Shown here: positions 46,287-55,572 of the stretch, piece by piece | Layout of the letters: every line of letters begins with the position of its first letter | Position numbering within the stretch: the stretch's first letter is position 1 | Assembly: GCA_964394685.1 (NCBI GenBank) | Contig: CAYMYO010000003.1 | Location: forward strand, 16,218 to 80,217 | Source of the DNA: an uncultured Gammaproteobacteria bacterium | GTDB lineage: Bacteria; Patescibacteriota; Microgenomatia; UBA10105; UBA927 | Length of the DNA stretch: 64,000 nucleotides | Direction of reading: 5' to 3' | Made by a program: the position numbers and the translations under genes | Notes under the pieces: generated by a model | What the model was told of the DNA's origin: nothing | What the model saw: the letters and a program-made list of their open reading frames with translations, nothing else | Databases searched by the model: none

Positions 46287-47282
46287 ATGAATAGAGTGCA
46301 ATTAGATCCTGAAGACTTAAAGATGTACTTTGAGCAAATTAAAATCAAATCAAATTTATCTTATGCTAATTTTGCTAGCTTGTGGAAGATAAATCCTCGA
46401 ACATTTCGGGATTGGAAAAAAGGAACGTATTCTTTTCCCGAAGAGTTTAGTATTAATATTGGTCACCAATTACATGTTTGTCTCCCTTCGACTGCGATGA
46501 TAAAAAATGAAACTGAAATTAGGGCACGAGCAGGTAGAATTGGTGGGATTGTGAGTATAAAAAAATATGGGAATCCGGGAACAGCCATCGGGAGATCAAA
46601 AGGAGGAATGAATTCGCTGGTTACACATCAAAGAATGCGTACTGGCTTTAAAATAGCAAAAGTGTTTTCTGTACCACAACTAACAGCGCAATTTGCAGAA
46701 TTTATTGGCATAATGCTTGGTGACGGAGGCATAACAAAATATCAAATAAGAATAACATTGAATAAGATTGATGATAAGGATTACGTTGTTTACGTTAGAA
46801 AACTTATTAATAAAATATTTCGAGAATATCCATCGCTTGAGTTTAAAAAAGGGAAAGCGGTTGATCTGGTAGTTTCTGGAAAAAATCTTGTGCAACTATT
46901 ACTTTCTTATGGGCTCGTAAAGGGAGATAAAATTAAACAACAAATAAAAATACCTTCTTGGATTAATACTAGCGATGAGTTCAAGTTAAGTGTATTACGA
47001 GGGTTGTTTGATACTGATGGATCAGTCTATTTAGATAAACATTATAAAAAAAAGATTGTTTATAAAAGTATTTGCGTTGCTTACACGAGTTATTCAACCC
47101 CTTTACGGCTAAATATTTATGATACTTTACGTGAATTTGGTTTTTCACCTACAGTTAGTACAAAAAATAGAATTATGCTGAGAAAAAGAAAAGATGTTGT
47201 TAATTTTTTTAACTTAGTAAAATCAAATAATAAGAAGCATTTAATACGTTATGCACAATATTTGAAAATGTGTGAAGGTTAA
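46287..47282 (+). CDS. Free-standing LAGLIDADG homing endonuclease with N-terminal HTH
   Basis: Two motifs, 'AEFIGIMLGDGGI' and 'VLRGLFDTDGSV'; N-terminal HTH and G..GG repeats; AT-rich gene. Confidence 0.88.
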   Translation: MNRVQLDPEDLKMYFEQIKIKSNLSYANFASLWKINPRTFRDWKKGTYSFPEEFSINIGHQLHVCLPSTAMIKNETEIRARAGRIGGIVSIKKYGNPGTAIGRSKGGMNSLVTHQRMRTGFKIAKVFSVPQLTAQFAEFIGIMLGDGGITKYQIRITLNKIDDKDYVVYVRKLINKIFREYPSLEFKKGKAVDLVVSGKNLVQLLLSYGLVKGDKIKQQIKIPSWINTSDEFKLSVLRGLFDTDGSVYLDKHYKKKIVYKSICVAYTSYSTPLRLNIYDTLREFGFSPTVSTKNRIMLRKRKDVVNFFNLVKSNNKKHLIRYAQYLKMCEG

Positions 47283-47287
47283 TACGT

Positions 47288-47376
47288 GGAGAGGTGCAGG
47301 GAATGGCTATCCGGACAGTCTCGAAAACTGTTACCCTGAAAGGGGTTTGTGGGTTCGAGTCCCACCCTCTCCGCCA
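47288..47376 (+). tRNA. tRNA-Ser(CGA)
   Basis: Acceptor GGAGAGG/CCTCTCC-G-CCA, anticodon arm ACAGT-CTCGAAA-ACTGT, long variable arm. Confidence 0.92.
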
Positions 47377-47488
47377 AGACGGACAAAATGAAAAACGGGT
47401 TGTTCTGGCAATCCAGAGCATTAGAAAAATACGTTCTAACCTAAAACAGAGGTTGGCCTGACGGGGGGCGGGATTAGAACCTAATATT

Positions 47489-47992
47489 ATGGAAAAAGCG
47501 AATCGACAACCATTGGCGCACGTTATTATTGGTTTTATCGGATCAGGAAAAACGACATTTGCAAAAAAACTGGAAAAAGAAACCGGGGCGTTGCGATTTA
47601 CAAAAGATGAATGGGTAATTGCAATTTTCGGTCATGATCCAACCATTGATGGATTTGAAACATACGATAATCGAATCTCAAAGTTGGCCGTTGACGTAGC
47701 GCTGTATTGTTTAAAAGCTGGGAACGATATCATTATAGATGAAGGATTTTGGGTCCGATCTCAACGAGATGAAATTCGTAAGAAAATAGAAAAGGCCGGC
47801 GGAGAAGTTCAATTGTACTATGTAAAAAATACCCATGAAACGATGAAGCAAAGAATATCCAAAAGAAACCAAAAACCAACGGAGGACGCTTTTGTTATAA
47901 GCCAGGAAATGTATGATGGCTATAAAAAATATTTTGAAGAACCCTCACCTAAAGAAAAATGTATTATTGTTGAGAATATAGAGGAGAAGTAA
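47489..47992 (+). CDS. AAA_33-family P-loop kinase
   Basis: 'GFIGSGKTTFAK', 'IIDEGFW....R', 'FEEP'. Confidence 0.8.
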   Translation: MEKANRQPLAHVIIGFIGSGKTTFAKKLEKETGALRFTKDEWVIAIFGHDPTIDGFETYDNRISKLAVDVALYCLKAGNDIIIDEGFWVRSQRDEIRKKIEKAGGEVQLYYVKNTHETMKQRISKRNQKPTEDAFVISQEMYDGYKKYFEEPSPKEKCIIVENIEEK

Positions 47993-48035
47993 TTGTCTGG
48001 AAATAGGTTATAACTCTGTAAATGGTATTCTGCCT

Positions 48036-48452
48036 ATGAAAATTGCAATATCCGCAAGTATGACGTTTTTTAAAGAAATGCGCTCTGTTAAAAAGGAGTT
48101 GGAACAACGTGGACATACAGTTATTGTCCCGATGGGGATAGAGGAAGAAGTACCTATTGAAGCAAAGCCAGGTATTTCAAAAGATGAACTTATCGCAGCA
48201 AAAATTGAATATGATTTCATAAGAAAACACTTTAAGAATATTGAAGAATCAGATGCAATTTTCATATTAAATTATCCAAGAAAAGGAATTAATGGGTATA
48301 TTGGTGGAAATACATTTTTGGAAATGGGTCATGCGTTTGGGCTAAGAAAGAAGATATTCATCTTATATCCACTTCCAATAATGGATTACGAATCAGAAAT
48401 GCACGCAATGCAGCCGGTTGTTCTTAACGGAGATTTAACAATAATTAAGTAG
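48036..48452 (+). CDS. Nucleoside 2-deoxyribosyltransferase-like protein
   Basis: 'I..SDAIFILN....GYIG..T..EMG.A'. Confidence 0.6.
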   Translation: MKIAISASMTFFKEMRSVKKELEQRGHTVIVPMGIEEEVPIEAKPGISKDELIAAKIEYDFIRKHFKNIEESDAIFILNYPRKGINGYIGGNTFLEMGHAFGLRKKIFILYPLPIMDYESEMHAMQPVVLNGDLTIIK

Positions 48453-48455
48453 TAT

Positions 48456-48530
48456 GCTCTTGTAGTTCAATGGATAGAACGCGGCCCTCCGGAGGCTGTA
48501 ATTGCAGTCCGACTCTGCACAGGAGCGCCA
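48456..48530 (+). tRNA. tRNA-Arg(CCG)
   Basis: Acceptor GCTCTTG/CAGGAGC-G-CCA, anticodon arm CGGCC-CTCCGGA-GGCTG; T-loop reads TCCGACT. Confidence 0.88.
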
Positions 48531-49414
48531 CGTCTTATTTTCCCAATTGTTGCAATTGCCACACCTGTTAATACTAATAGTCCTCCGGCAATAAGTCCGT
48601 AGGTCAGTTTTTCTCCGAGCAATAGAAAATTCAATACAACTGCAAAAACAGTTTCAATATATTGTTTGAACGATGCGGTTGTCGCGCTAAGATGTTCAAT
48701 GGCCCACTGAAAGAGGAAATAGGTAATGATGGTCAGAAAAATTGCTGAGTATGCTAACACAAAGATATAACTTGGTTGAAACACTTGAGGAGTGAAAAAC
48801 TGTTGTTTGGTAAGAAGAACAAGAATAAAACTAGTAAGCGTTGCAAGAAAAAAATAAAATGATGTTGTCGTAACAGGAGAAAATTGATTCAGTGCTCTTA
48901 TGCGGCGTGACCAAATTGCATATAACGTCCAAGAAAGCATTCCGACTGCAATAAAGAGATTTCCTTGAAAACTTCCAGCCATCATCTCACCTTTTTCGAT
49001 AACAGGAAGAATAATAATAATACAGACTCCGATAAGTCCTACAAAAATTCCTATCCATTTTGATAAAGAGTTTTTTTCTCGTATCAAAATATACGATAAA
49101 ATCGCAGTTGTCAGTGGTCCAGCGGTATAAATAAGGGTTGCAGAGTTTGCAGTGGTTGTTTTAATACCATAAAAAAATAATGGTACATTCAATGCACCAA
49201 TGAAACTAGGAATGAGCAATTGTTTCCAGTTTAACCAAGCCTTTTTCTCGCGAAGAAAAAATGGAAGGATGAGGATTGATGCGATGAAGAATCGATAAAA
49301 AGCGACAACAAATGGATGCATGTCCTTTACTAATATTTTTGCCGTAACTCCGGCGGTTGACCAAAGGAGAGATGCGACAATAAGCGCAATTAATGCCAGA
49401 GTCTTTTGTGACAT
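48467..49414 (-). CDS. EamA/DMT-family transporter
   Basis: Ten TM helices in a two-repeat EamA pattern ('P.....YRF', 'L.EK'); ATG 49414 follows TATAAT. Confidence 0.88.
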   Translation of the reverse strand: MSQKTLALIALIVASLLWSTAGVTAKILVKDMHPFVVAFYRFFIASILILPFFLREKKAWLNWKQLLIPSFIGALNVPLFFYGIKTTTANSATLIYTAGPLTTAILSYILIREKNSLSKWIGIFVGLIGVCIIIILPVIEKGEMMAGSFQGNLFIAVGMLSWTLYAIWSRRIRALNQFSPVTTTSFYFFLATLTSFILVLLTKQQFFTPQVFQPSYIFVLAYSAIFLTIITYFLFQWAIEHLSATTASFKQYIETVFAVVLNFLLLGEKLTYGLIAGGLLVLTGVAIATIGKIRRGAPVQSRTAITASGGPRSIH

Positions 49415-49470
49415 ATGACGATTATACCGTACAAAATGATATAATACATCCATTCAAAGACTTATATTTT

Positions 49471-50040
49471 ATGAATAATAACAAAAAAATCGCCAATATT
49501 ATTTATGAAGCTGCGACAATGAAACGCATGAAGCGAGTTGGGTTTCAGATTCTGGGTAATGGTGAAGAGACAATTGGTGAACATTCATTTATGACAGCAG
49601 TGATTGCGTATTTTTTAGCAAAGAAATTACATCTTGATATTGGGAAAATCCTTACAATGAGTATATTTCACGATATGCATGAAACAAGAGTTGGTGATGC
49701 ACATAAAATTTCTCTTCGGTATATTACTCGGAATCAAAAAAAGGCAAATCAAGACATTTTTGGATTCGTAGACACAAGCCTCGTTCAATTATTAGAAGAG
49801 TATGAAGAGAAAAAATCAATAGAAGCGCAAATTGTATTTGAGGCAAATGTGATAGCGCTTCTTGTTCGATTAAAACCTCTTGTTGAACGAGGGGATATGC
49901 ATGCAAAGAAATGGATGATGAATAAAAGTCGCATTCGAACTCCCGAGGGGATTGCTTTAACGAAGACGCTCCTCGAGACAGATTCTCAAGACTGGTGGTT
50001 GGATATCCAACAAGAGTTAGAAGAGGAATATAAACGATAA
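49471..50040 (+). CDS. HD-domain hydrolase (YfbR/HDDC2-like)
   Basis: 'K...R.G', 'ETIGEHSF', 'FHDMHETRVGD'. Confidence 0.85.
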   Translation: MNNNKKIANIIYEAATMKRMKRVGFQILGNGEETIGEHSFMTAVIAYFLAKKLHLDIGKILTMSIFHDMHETRVGDAHKISLRYITRNQKKANQDIFGFVDTSLVQLLEEYEEKKSIEAQIVFEANVIALLVRLKPLVERGDMHAKKWMMNKSRIRTPEGIALTKTLLETDSQDWWLDIQQELEEEYKR

Positions 50041-50048
50041 TGCTTTTT

Positions 50049-50065
50049 GGAAGGGTCGCATATTG
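50049..50065 (+). pseudogene. tRNA-Ser-like 5' stub
   Basis: GGAAGGG-TC-GCATATTG resembles the 5' end of bacterial tRNA-Ser(GGA); ends about 40 nt before the intact gene. Confidence 0.55.
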
Positions 50066-50104
50066 AACGAAGTGAAACCCTGAGCAAAGCGAAGGGGTTG
50101 GTAT

Positions 50105-50190
50105 GGAGAGGTGTGATAATTGGTAGTCGCCCCGCTTGGAAAGCGGGTGTCCCGGAAACGGGATTAGGGGTTCGAGTCCCCTCCTCTCCG
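50105..50190 (+). tRNA. tRNA-Ser(GGA)
   Basis: Acceptor GGAGAGG/CCTCTCC, anticodon arm CCCGC-TTGGAAA-GCGGG, long variable arm, TTCGA loop. Confidence 0.93.
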
Positions 50191-50322
50191 CAGTAGTCTC
50201 AAGGTTCTACCCGACCCATTCACTACCTCTGAAGGGGTTGCTGTGGCTTGCTAAACCCTCTTGAAATAAACATTTATCGTTTCTGAAGCCTGGAGAGAGC
50301 TGGGGGATGTGATTATAGGACC

Positions 50323-50694
50323 TTAATGTCTCTTTTTAATTCCGAATTTATCCGCTTTTTGTATTTCCTCGATAGTTGTTTTGATCTCTTCAAATCCCTC
50401 TTGTAGAGTTAGTGTTTTACCACAATTATCACACTTAAATATTCCACCGTTTTTGCGCAGTTTTATTATTTGCTTTTTTCCCCTCAGCCAATTTTTTGAA
50501 TAATAAGCTGCCGTGTTGGTGGCAAGTTGTAAATTCCATTTTCTATTTGATTCTTCATCTGATAATCCATTGTCTGGAATGCTCCATTTTTTTCTTAGAA
50601 GAGCTATATCTTTTTGAAAATCAGGTTTGGCGATTAGAAGTTTCGTTCTTTGTTTGGCTCGTGTAGCTAATGTTTTGAAATATTCGTCTTTCAT
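50323..50694 (-). CDS. Hypothetical protein with CxxC (possibly a chimeric remnant)
   Basis: ATG 6 nt after TATAAT; single 'CDNC'. Confidence 0.45.
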   Translation of the reverse strand: MKDEYFKTLATRAKQRTKLLIAKPDFQKDIALLRKKWSIPDNGLSDEESNRKWNLQLATNTAAYYSKNWLRGKKQIIKLRKNGGIFKCDNCGKTLTLQEGFEEIKTTIEEIQKADKFGIKKRH

Positions 50695-50755
50695 AGCCTG
50701 ATTATAGTGCAATGATGTCGCTTTAGGTTCAGGAATAGAGTAAAATACAGACAAC

Positions 50756-52270
50756 ATGAATACCGACTTAACCTTTATTACCAACGAAAAAGACAAGAAT
50801 CTTTCTGAGAGGTTCAAGGTACTCATCAAAGATACTAAATTCTTTGATGTTTTAGTCGGCTATTTTTATACCAGCGGTTTCTATGCCATCTACAAATCAC
50901 TTGAAAATACCGAGAAAGTAAGAATTCTCATTGGTATTAGCACGAACAGGGATACGTATAACCTAATTCAAAAGTCCTATGTTCCAGTACAAGAAAGCCT
51001 GCAATTTTCTCATGCCGAAGCAAAAGAAAAGTTTTCTGACACTTTAGTTGAGGAAATGGGCACTTCAGAAGACAATCACGATACAGAAGAAGGGGTCAAT
51101 AAGTTTCTGGAATGGTTAAAAAGTGGGAAGCTGGAAATAAAAGCCTATCCCTCGGAAAATATCCACGCCAAGCTCTATGTTATGACCTTTGCAGAGGGAG
51201 ATAGAGACGTTGGTAGAGTCATTACTGGTTCGAGTAACTTTACTCAAGCGGGCCTAATTGATAACTTGGAATTTAACGTAGAACTGAAAACTAGATCTGA
51301 CTATGAATTTGCACAACTTAAGTTTAATGAGCTTTGGGAAAATGCAGTTGATGTTTCAGAAAAATACATAGAGACAATCCAAACCAAGACTTGGCTAAAT
51401 AACACCATTACTCCATACGATTTATACCTAAAATTTCTTTACGAGTATTTTAAGGACGAGATAAGTCGAACAAGCGAAGTATTTTACAAATATGTTCCAA
51501 CAGAATTTAAGAAATTAGAATATCAAGAGCAAGCAGTATTAAATGCTAAAAAGATTCTCGGAATGGTTTTAAATTCAGACGAAAACACAAATAAAGGAGC
51601 TTTTGCCAAAGATGATTTAATTTCCGAAGTTAAAACAGACGTTAATACAAAGCCTTATATAGAAGGTAAGTACCTCAAAAAATATTTAATAGAGAAAACA
51701 TTATTTCTGGAATGGGATACAAAAAGAGTTCCCCATCTTTTAAGTAGACCTACTTTCCCTGAACTTTATAACAGGCCTAAAATAATGAGAGGCAGAGTAA
51801 CAGAAGGAACATATGATGATACAGGTCTAGTTAGTAATGACAGTATATTGCTTTTTCAAAGATTTGCAGATCTCAAAGGAGTTAAAAATAACAGTATTGC
51901 AATTAGCATACAAAAATTTAATTCTCACTCAAGGGAGGAACTAGAAAATATTTCTCTTAAGTTTGATCTGAAATATCTACTAGCAATAATAAATTCACAA
52001 TTTGCTAATGTTTATCTTAATAATATTCGTAGACATCGTTTAGAGAATTATTTTTACCCTGATGATTTTCGTAATCTTCCTATAGCGGAAATTCCCCTAT
52101 CTGAGCAGAAGCAATTTATTGATTTTGTAGACAAGATTATCGACTTAAAGAAATCTAGTTTGGAAAAAGATAAACATCAAGCACTTGACTACGAAAAACA
52201 AATTGACCAATTAGTTTATAAACTCTACGACTTAACTGACAAAGAAAAAGAAATTGTTGAAAACGCTTGA
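50756..52270 (+). CDS. PLD/NgoFVII-like nuclease domain fused in frame to a TaqI/Eco57I-like C-terminal target-recognition domain
   Basis: 'HAKLY...ITGSSNFT..GL..N.EFN' PLD motif; C-terminal 'LKYLLAIINS', 'LPI', 'IDQLVYKLYDLT..E..IVE'. Confidence 0.75.
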   Translation: MNTDLTFITNEKDKNLSERFKVLIKDTKFFDVLVGYFYTSGFYAIYKSLENTEKVRILIGISTNRDTYNLIQKSYVPVQESLQFSHAEAKEKFSDTLVEEMGTSEDNHDTEEGVNKFLEWLKSGKLEIKAYPSENIHAKLYVMTFAEGDRDVGRVITGSSNFTQAGLIDNLEFNVELKTRSDYEFAQLKFNELWENAVDVSEKYIETIQTKTWLNNTITPYDLYLKFLYEYFKDEISRTSEVFYKYVPTEFKKLEYQEQAVLNAKKILGMVLNSDENTNKGAFAKDDLISEVKTDVNTKPYIEGKYLKKYLIEKTLFLEWDTKRVPHLLSRPTFPELYNRPKIMRGRVTEGTYDDTGLVSNDSILLFQRFADLKGVKNNSIAISIQKFNSHSREELENISLKFDLKYLLAIINSQFANVYLNNIRRHRLENYFYPDDFRNLPIAEIPLSEQKQFIDFVDKIIDLKKSSLEKDKHQALDYEKQIDQLVYKLYDLTDKEKEIVENA

Positions 52271-52304
52271 TTCACAAAATATACGATTAACTAAAGGTAA
52301 GTAT

Positions 52305-53465
52305 ATGGGAACAAACTTAGATAATGATAATTGGATTCAATCTTCTGATGACAATTTTAATATCGGAGAAGAGACCTTTAATGATTTAGAAATCCACCCC
52401 ACCCCAATAAATAATTTTTACTATTTTTTTAACAAGAGTAAAAATAAATTAATTAAGCAATTCGTTTTAGAAAAGAAAGCCAAAGTCGATTATATATGCA
52501 AGGTTATTTTAATTAAAAAGGGAGATAAGTTTACACCCCGGCTTTCTTTTTCAGTTAGAAATAGAGCCGGAAAAATAGTTGAAGATTCGATTGTACTAAC
52601 AGAGATTGACACCCACTTGGTTAAGGCAAATATAAATTTAAATGAATGTCATGAAAACTTCTGGCACCTCATTTCCTTTTTGGAATCACTTCGACAAATT
52701 GAAATACCGAGAGAAAGTTTTTCTTTGGTCTCTCAAGCAGAGAGCGACATAGTTAAAGCCATAAGAGGACGCGGTGTCGAGAGCGTGTTAAGCATTATTA
52801 AGCAACTAGCTTTAATTAATGGTGTATCTCTGTCAGAGAAAGATATCAATCAAATATTAAAACGCAAAGAGAAGCTTACTTTGTTTGGCTCTTCAATAAT
52901 AGAACAATCATCTGATGAAAAATGGTGGCAGATTTTTTTTGAAAACAATAAATGGATATTTGGTTATGGTTTAAATTATCAGATTTTACGACAGGAACAG
53001 GATCAACCTCATTATGGAGGAACAAGAGTAAATGGAAGAGGCGGACAAATAGGAGACTATTTAACTTCAACAGTGGGAGATTTAAGTTTTACGGTATTAG
53101 TTGAAATAAAAACTCCCGACACCTCACTCCTCCAAGGAGCTAAGGAAATAAGATCAGGAGTATGGAGCCTTTCTAAGGAGCTCACTGACGCTTTATCGCA
53201 AATACAAGCAAATATCGATATTTGGGATAAGCAAGGGTCTAGACAGCCTGAAAATGTAGACGAGTTTGAGAAAAAAAATATATTTACCGTTCAACCTAAG
53301 GGTATTATAGTTATTGGACAACTAAGCCAACTTGATAGTAGAAGTAAAAGAGAAACTTTTCAGAGATTTCGAAAATCTATACATGGAATAGATATTTTGA
53401 CTTTTGACGAATTATTAAACAGAGCAAAATTTATTGTTGACGAAAAAGCAGAAGATAAAAAATAA
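52305..53465 (+). CDS. Shedu anti-phage nuclease (DUF4263, SduA-like)
   Basis: 'E..WQ.FFE.N.WIFG', 'DYL', 'VEIKTP', 'ELT.A.SQ', 'PKGIIVIG', 'ILTFDEL'. Confidence 0.82.
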   Translation: MGTNLDNDNWIQSSDDNFNIGEETFNDLEIHPTPINNFYYFFNKSKNKLIKQFVLEKKAKVDYICKVILIKKGDKFTPRLSFSVRNRAGKIVEDSIVLTEIDTHLVKANINLNECHENFWHLISFLESLRQIEIPRESFSLVSQAESDIVKAIRGRGVESVLSIIKQLALINGVSLSEKDINQILKRKEKLTLFGSSIIEQSSDEKWWQIFFENNKWIFGYGLNYQILRQEQDQPHYGGTRVNGRGGQIGDYLTSTVGDLSFTVLVEIKTPDTSLLQGAKEIRSGVWSLSKELTDALSQIQANIDIWDKQGSRQPENVDEFEKKNIFTVQPKGIIVIGQLSQLDSRSKRETFQRFRKSIHGIDILTFDELLNRAKFIVDEKAEDKK

Positions 53466-53469
53466 AGAT

Positions 53470-54225
53470 ATGTCTCAATATTACAATCCAAACCGCGTGA
53501 GGAATAAATACGACTCGGGCGCAAAAGAGCTGTTCAGGTTGAGTCGGGGGAAGATTGATTTATTTATTAATTGTCCTCGTTGTTTTTATCTTGACCGCAA
53601 GCTTGGCGTCAAACAGCCGCCGGGATATCCGTTTTCTCTCAATTCCGCTGTCGATAAACTTCTCAAGAAGGAATTCGACATCCATCGAGCCAAAGGCACA
53701 CCACATCCGCTCATGAAAGCCTACGGCATAGATGCTGTACCACTTGCTCACAAGAAGATTGATGAATGGCGGGACTCACTAAGAGCTGGTATTACGTTTC
53801 AGATTGAAGGAACGAATGTAGTCGTTACCGGTGGCGTTGATGATGTATGGGTAAAACCTGATGGAGAATATATTATCGTTGATTACAAGGCGACATCAAA
53901 GGATGCGGAAGTGACACTCGATGCTGATTGGCAAATAGGATACAAACGGCAGATGGAAATATATCAATGGTTGTTTAGAAAAAACGGCTTCAAAGTATCT
54001 TCAACGGGATATTTTGTTTACTGTAACGGCGATGCTGATAAAGATGCTTTTGATGGTAAATTAGAGTTCGATATTAAAATTATTCCTTATACTGGCGATG
54101 ATTCTTGGGTCGAAAAAACAATTCTTGATGCGATTGAATGTCTCAAGGGAAATAAACTACCTGCACCTGGATTAGACTGCGATTACTGTAAATATCGTCA
54201 AGCCGTAAAGAAATTTGAGCAGTAG
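53470..54225 (+). CDS. PD-(D/E)XK nuclease (RecB/Cas4-like, Cys cluster)
   Basis: 'CPRC', 'GGVDD', 'IVDYK', 'QMEIY', 'CDYC'. Confidence 0.8.
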   Translation: MSQYYNPNRVRNKYDSGAKELFRLSRGKIDLFINCPRCFYLDRKLGVKQPPGYPFSLNSAVDKLLKKEFDIHRAKGTPHPLMKAYGIDAVPLAHKKIDEWRDSLRAGITFQIEGTNVVVTGGVDDVWVKPDGEYIIVDYKATSKDAEVTLDADWQIGYKRQMEIYQWLFRKNGFKVSSTGYFVYCNGDADKDAFDGKLEFDIKIIPYTGDDSWVEKTILDAIECLKGNKLPAPGLDCDYCKYRQAVKKFEQ

Positions 54226-54251
54226 TATGGTATGGACGGTAAGGAGAAAAA

Positions 54252-55556
54252 ATGGATCTACTGACAAAATCATTGAACAGTTTTAGTTTTGAAGACATCG
54301 TTGCTTTTCAAAAACAGAATCATCCGGAAGGCACAGAACTCGATTATAAAAAAGATTTTCCAGATAAGGGATTAGCAAAAATTATTGCGTCGCTTGCCAA
54401 CACAAGGGGCGGAGTGATAATTCTTGGTATTGAAGAAGATGAAAAAACTGGATTACCAATAGGTGCCGATGGTATCGTTCCCGGAAAACATGAAGACAGG
54501 GTATATCAATTTGTCGGGAATATTAATCCTATTCCGAAAATTGTATGCAATACAACCAATGAGGTTAATGGAAAAGTTTTTGTGCTAATCAGAGTGTTTG
54601 AGGGTGATGAAACACCATACTATGCGCATAACGATTCAAATATATGGATTAGAACAGGAAATATATGTAAACCGATTGATATTGTGTCACCGGAGGGCGC
54701 GGAACTTTTGTTTAAGAAGAGCGAGCGAGCAGAGATGGGAAGAATGCAAAATCGAGACGCAGCGGAAAGTAACCTACAGTCCTTTTTGAAAAGAGCAGAA
54801 AAACAACGGTTACGTGAGATTGAAATAGAAAAAGAAAATTATGAAACTAAAAAAAGACAACACGAGGACGGTGATAACTTTCCTCCCTTTAAATCTCAAA
54901 TTGTTCAATCGCCAATCGGACAGAAGGTTTCGTTATTAAAAATATTGGTACAACCATATTATCCGCATGGAGAATTTATCCGTCCGTTAGATATTGAGCC
55001 AATTATTCTTGAGGCTAGGAGCAGGAATGCTATTTACGAATTTCCAGCCAACCAGATGTATGAGTCTATAACTGAAGGAATGGTTTATTTCGATTGGTCG
55101 CGAGGAGATGGAGAGGTACAATCTCAACAGATATTTGCTAATGGGTTGGGATATAGCGTTCATGATGTTTTGCGCCCTACACGTGAAGGTCGACCAGTAA
55201 CTCATCTTGGTTGGCTAGCAGGAGAGGTGTATATAACATTGGTTGGAATGAAGAAAATTCTAGAAAAATTTGGCTATCAGGGAACACTAATAGGTAAAGT
55301 GTCAATTGATAATATTGAAGGAGTAATAATTAATCCAATAATAGAAAGAATGTTTCCCGATAATAAAACTTCCGTTTTTGCTCATAGAACTTGGCCGCTA
55401 CGACTTGATACAAGAATTTTATCCGAATCAGAAAAGCTTCAAGAATACGTAACCGAGTTGGTTCGGGACATCCATTGGTCGTTTGGCTATAAAGACGTTT
55501 CAAGACAAATTACGATGAAATATTTATTTGAAAAGGGATATTTGAAAGAAAGTTAA
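54252..55556 (+). CDS. AlbA_2 (Schlafen-like) domain protein
   Basis: 'EGTELDYK', 'IASLANTRGGVIILGI'. Confidence 0.82.
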   Translation: MDLLTKSLNSFSFEDIVAFQKQNHPEGTELDYKKDFPDKGLAKIIASLANTRGGVIILGIEEDEKTGLPIGADGIVPGKHEDRVYQFVGNINPIPKIVCNTTNEVNGKVFVLIRVFEGDETPYYAHNDSNIWIRTGNICKPIDIVSPEGAELLFKKSERAEMGRMQNRDAAESNLQSFLKRAEKQRLREIEIEKENYETKKRQHEDGDNFPPFKSQIVQSPIGQKVSLLKILVQPYYPHGEFIRPLDIEPIILEARSRNAIYEFPANQMYESITEGMVYFDWSRGDGEVQSQQIFANGLGYSVHDVLRPTREGRPVTHLGWLAGEVYITLVGMKKILEKFGYQGTLIGKVSIDNIEGVIINPIIERMFPDNKTSVFAHRTWPLRLDTRILSESEKLQEYVTELVRDIHWSFGYKDVSRQITMKYLFEKGYLKES

Positions 55557-55572
55557 AAACAGTAATATTATT

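Noticed and set aside
46234-47376. tRNA split by a group I intron encoding the endonuclease
   Set aside because: The downstream tRNA is complete by itself, and there is no room for a ribozyme core around the ORF.
47455-47482. Minus-strand T-arm-like sequence (AGGTTCTAATCCCGCCCCCC)
   Set aside because: No cloverleaf can be built; at most a degenerate remnant.
53470-54225. CRISPR-associated cas4
   Set aside because: No cas1, cas2 or array nearby; treated as a stand-alone PD-(D/E)XK nuclease.
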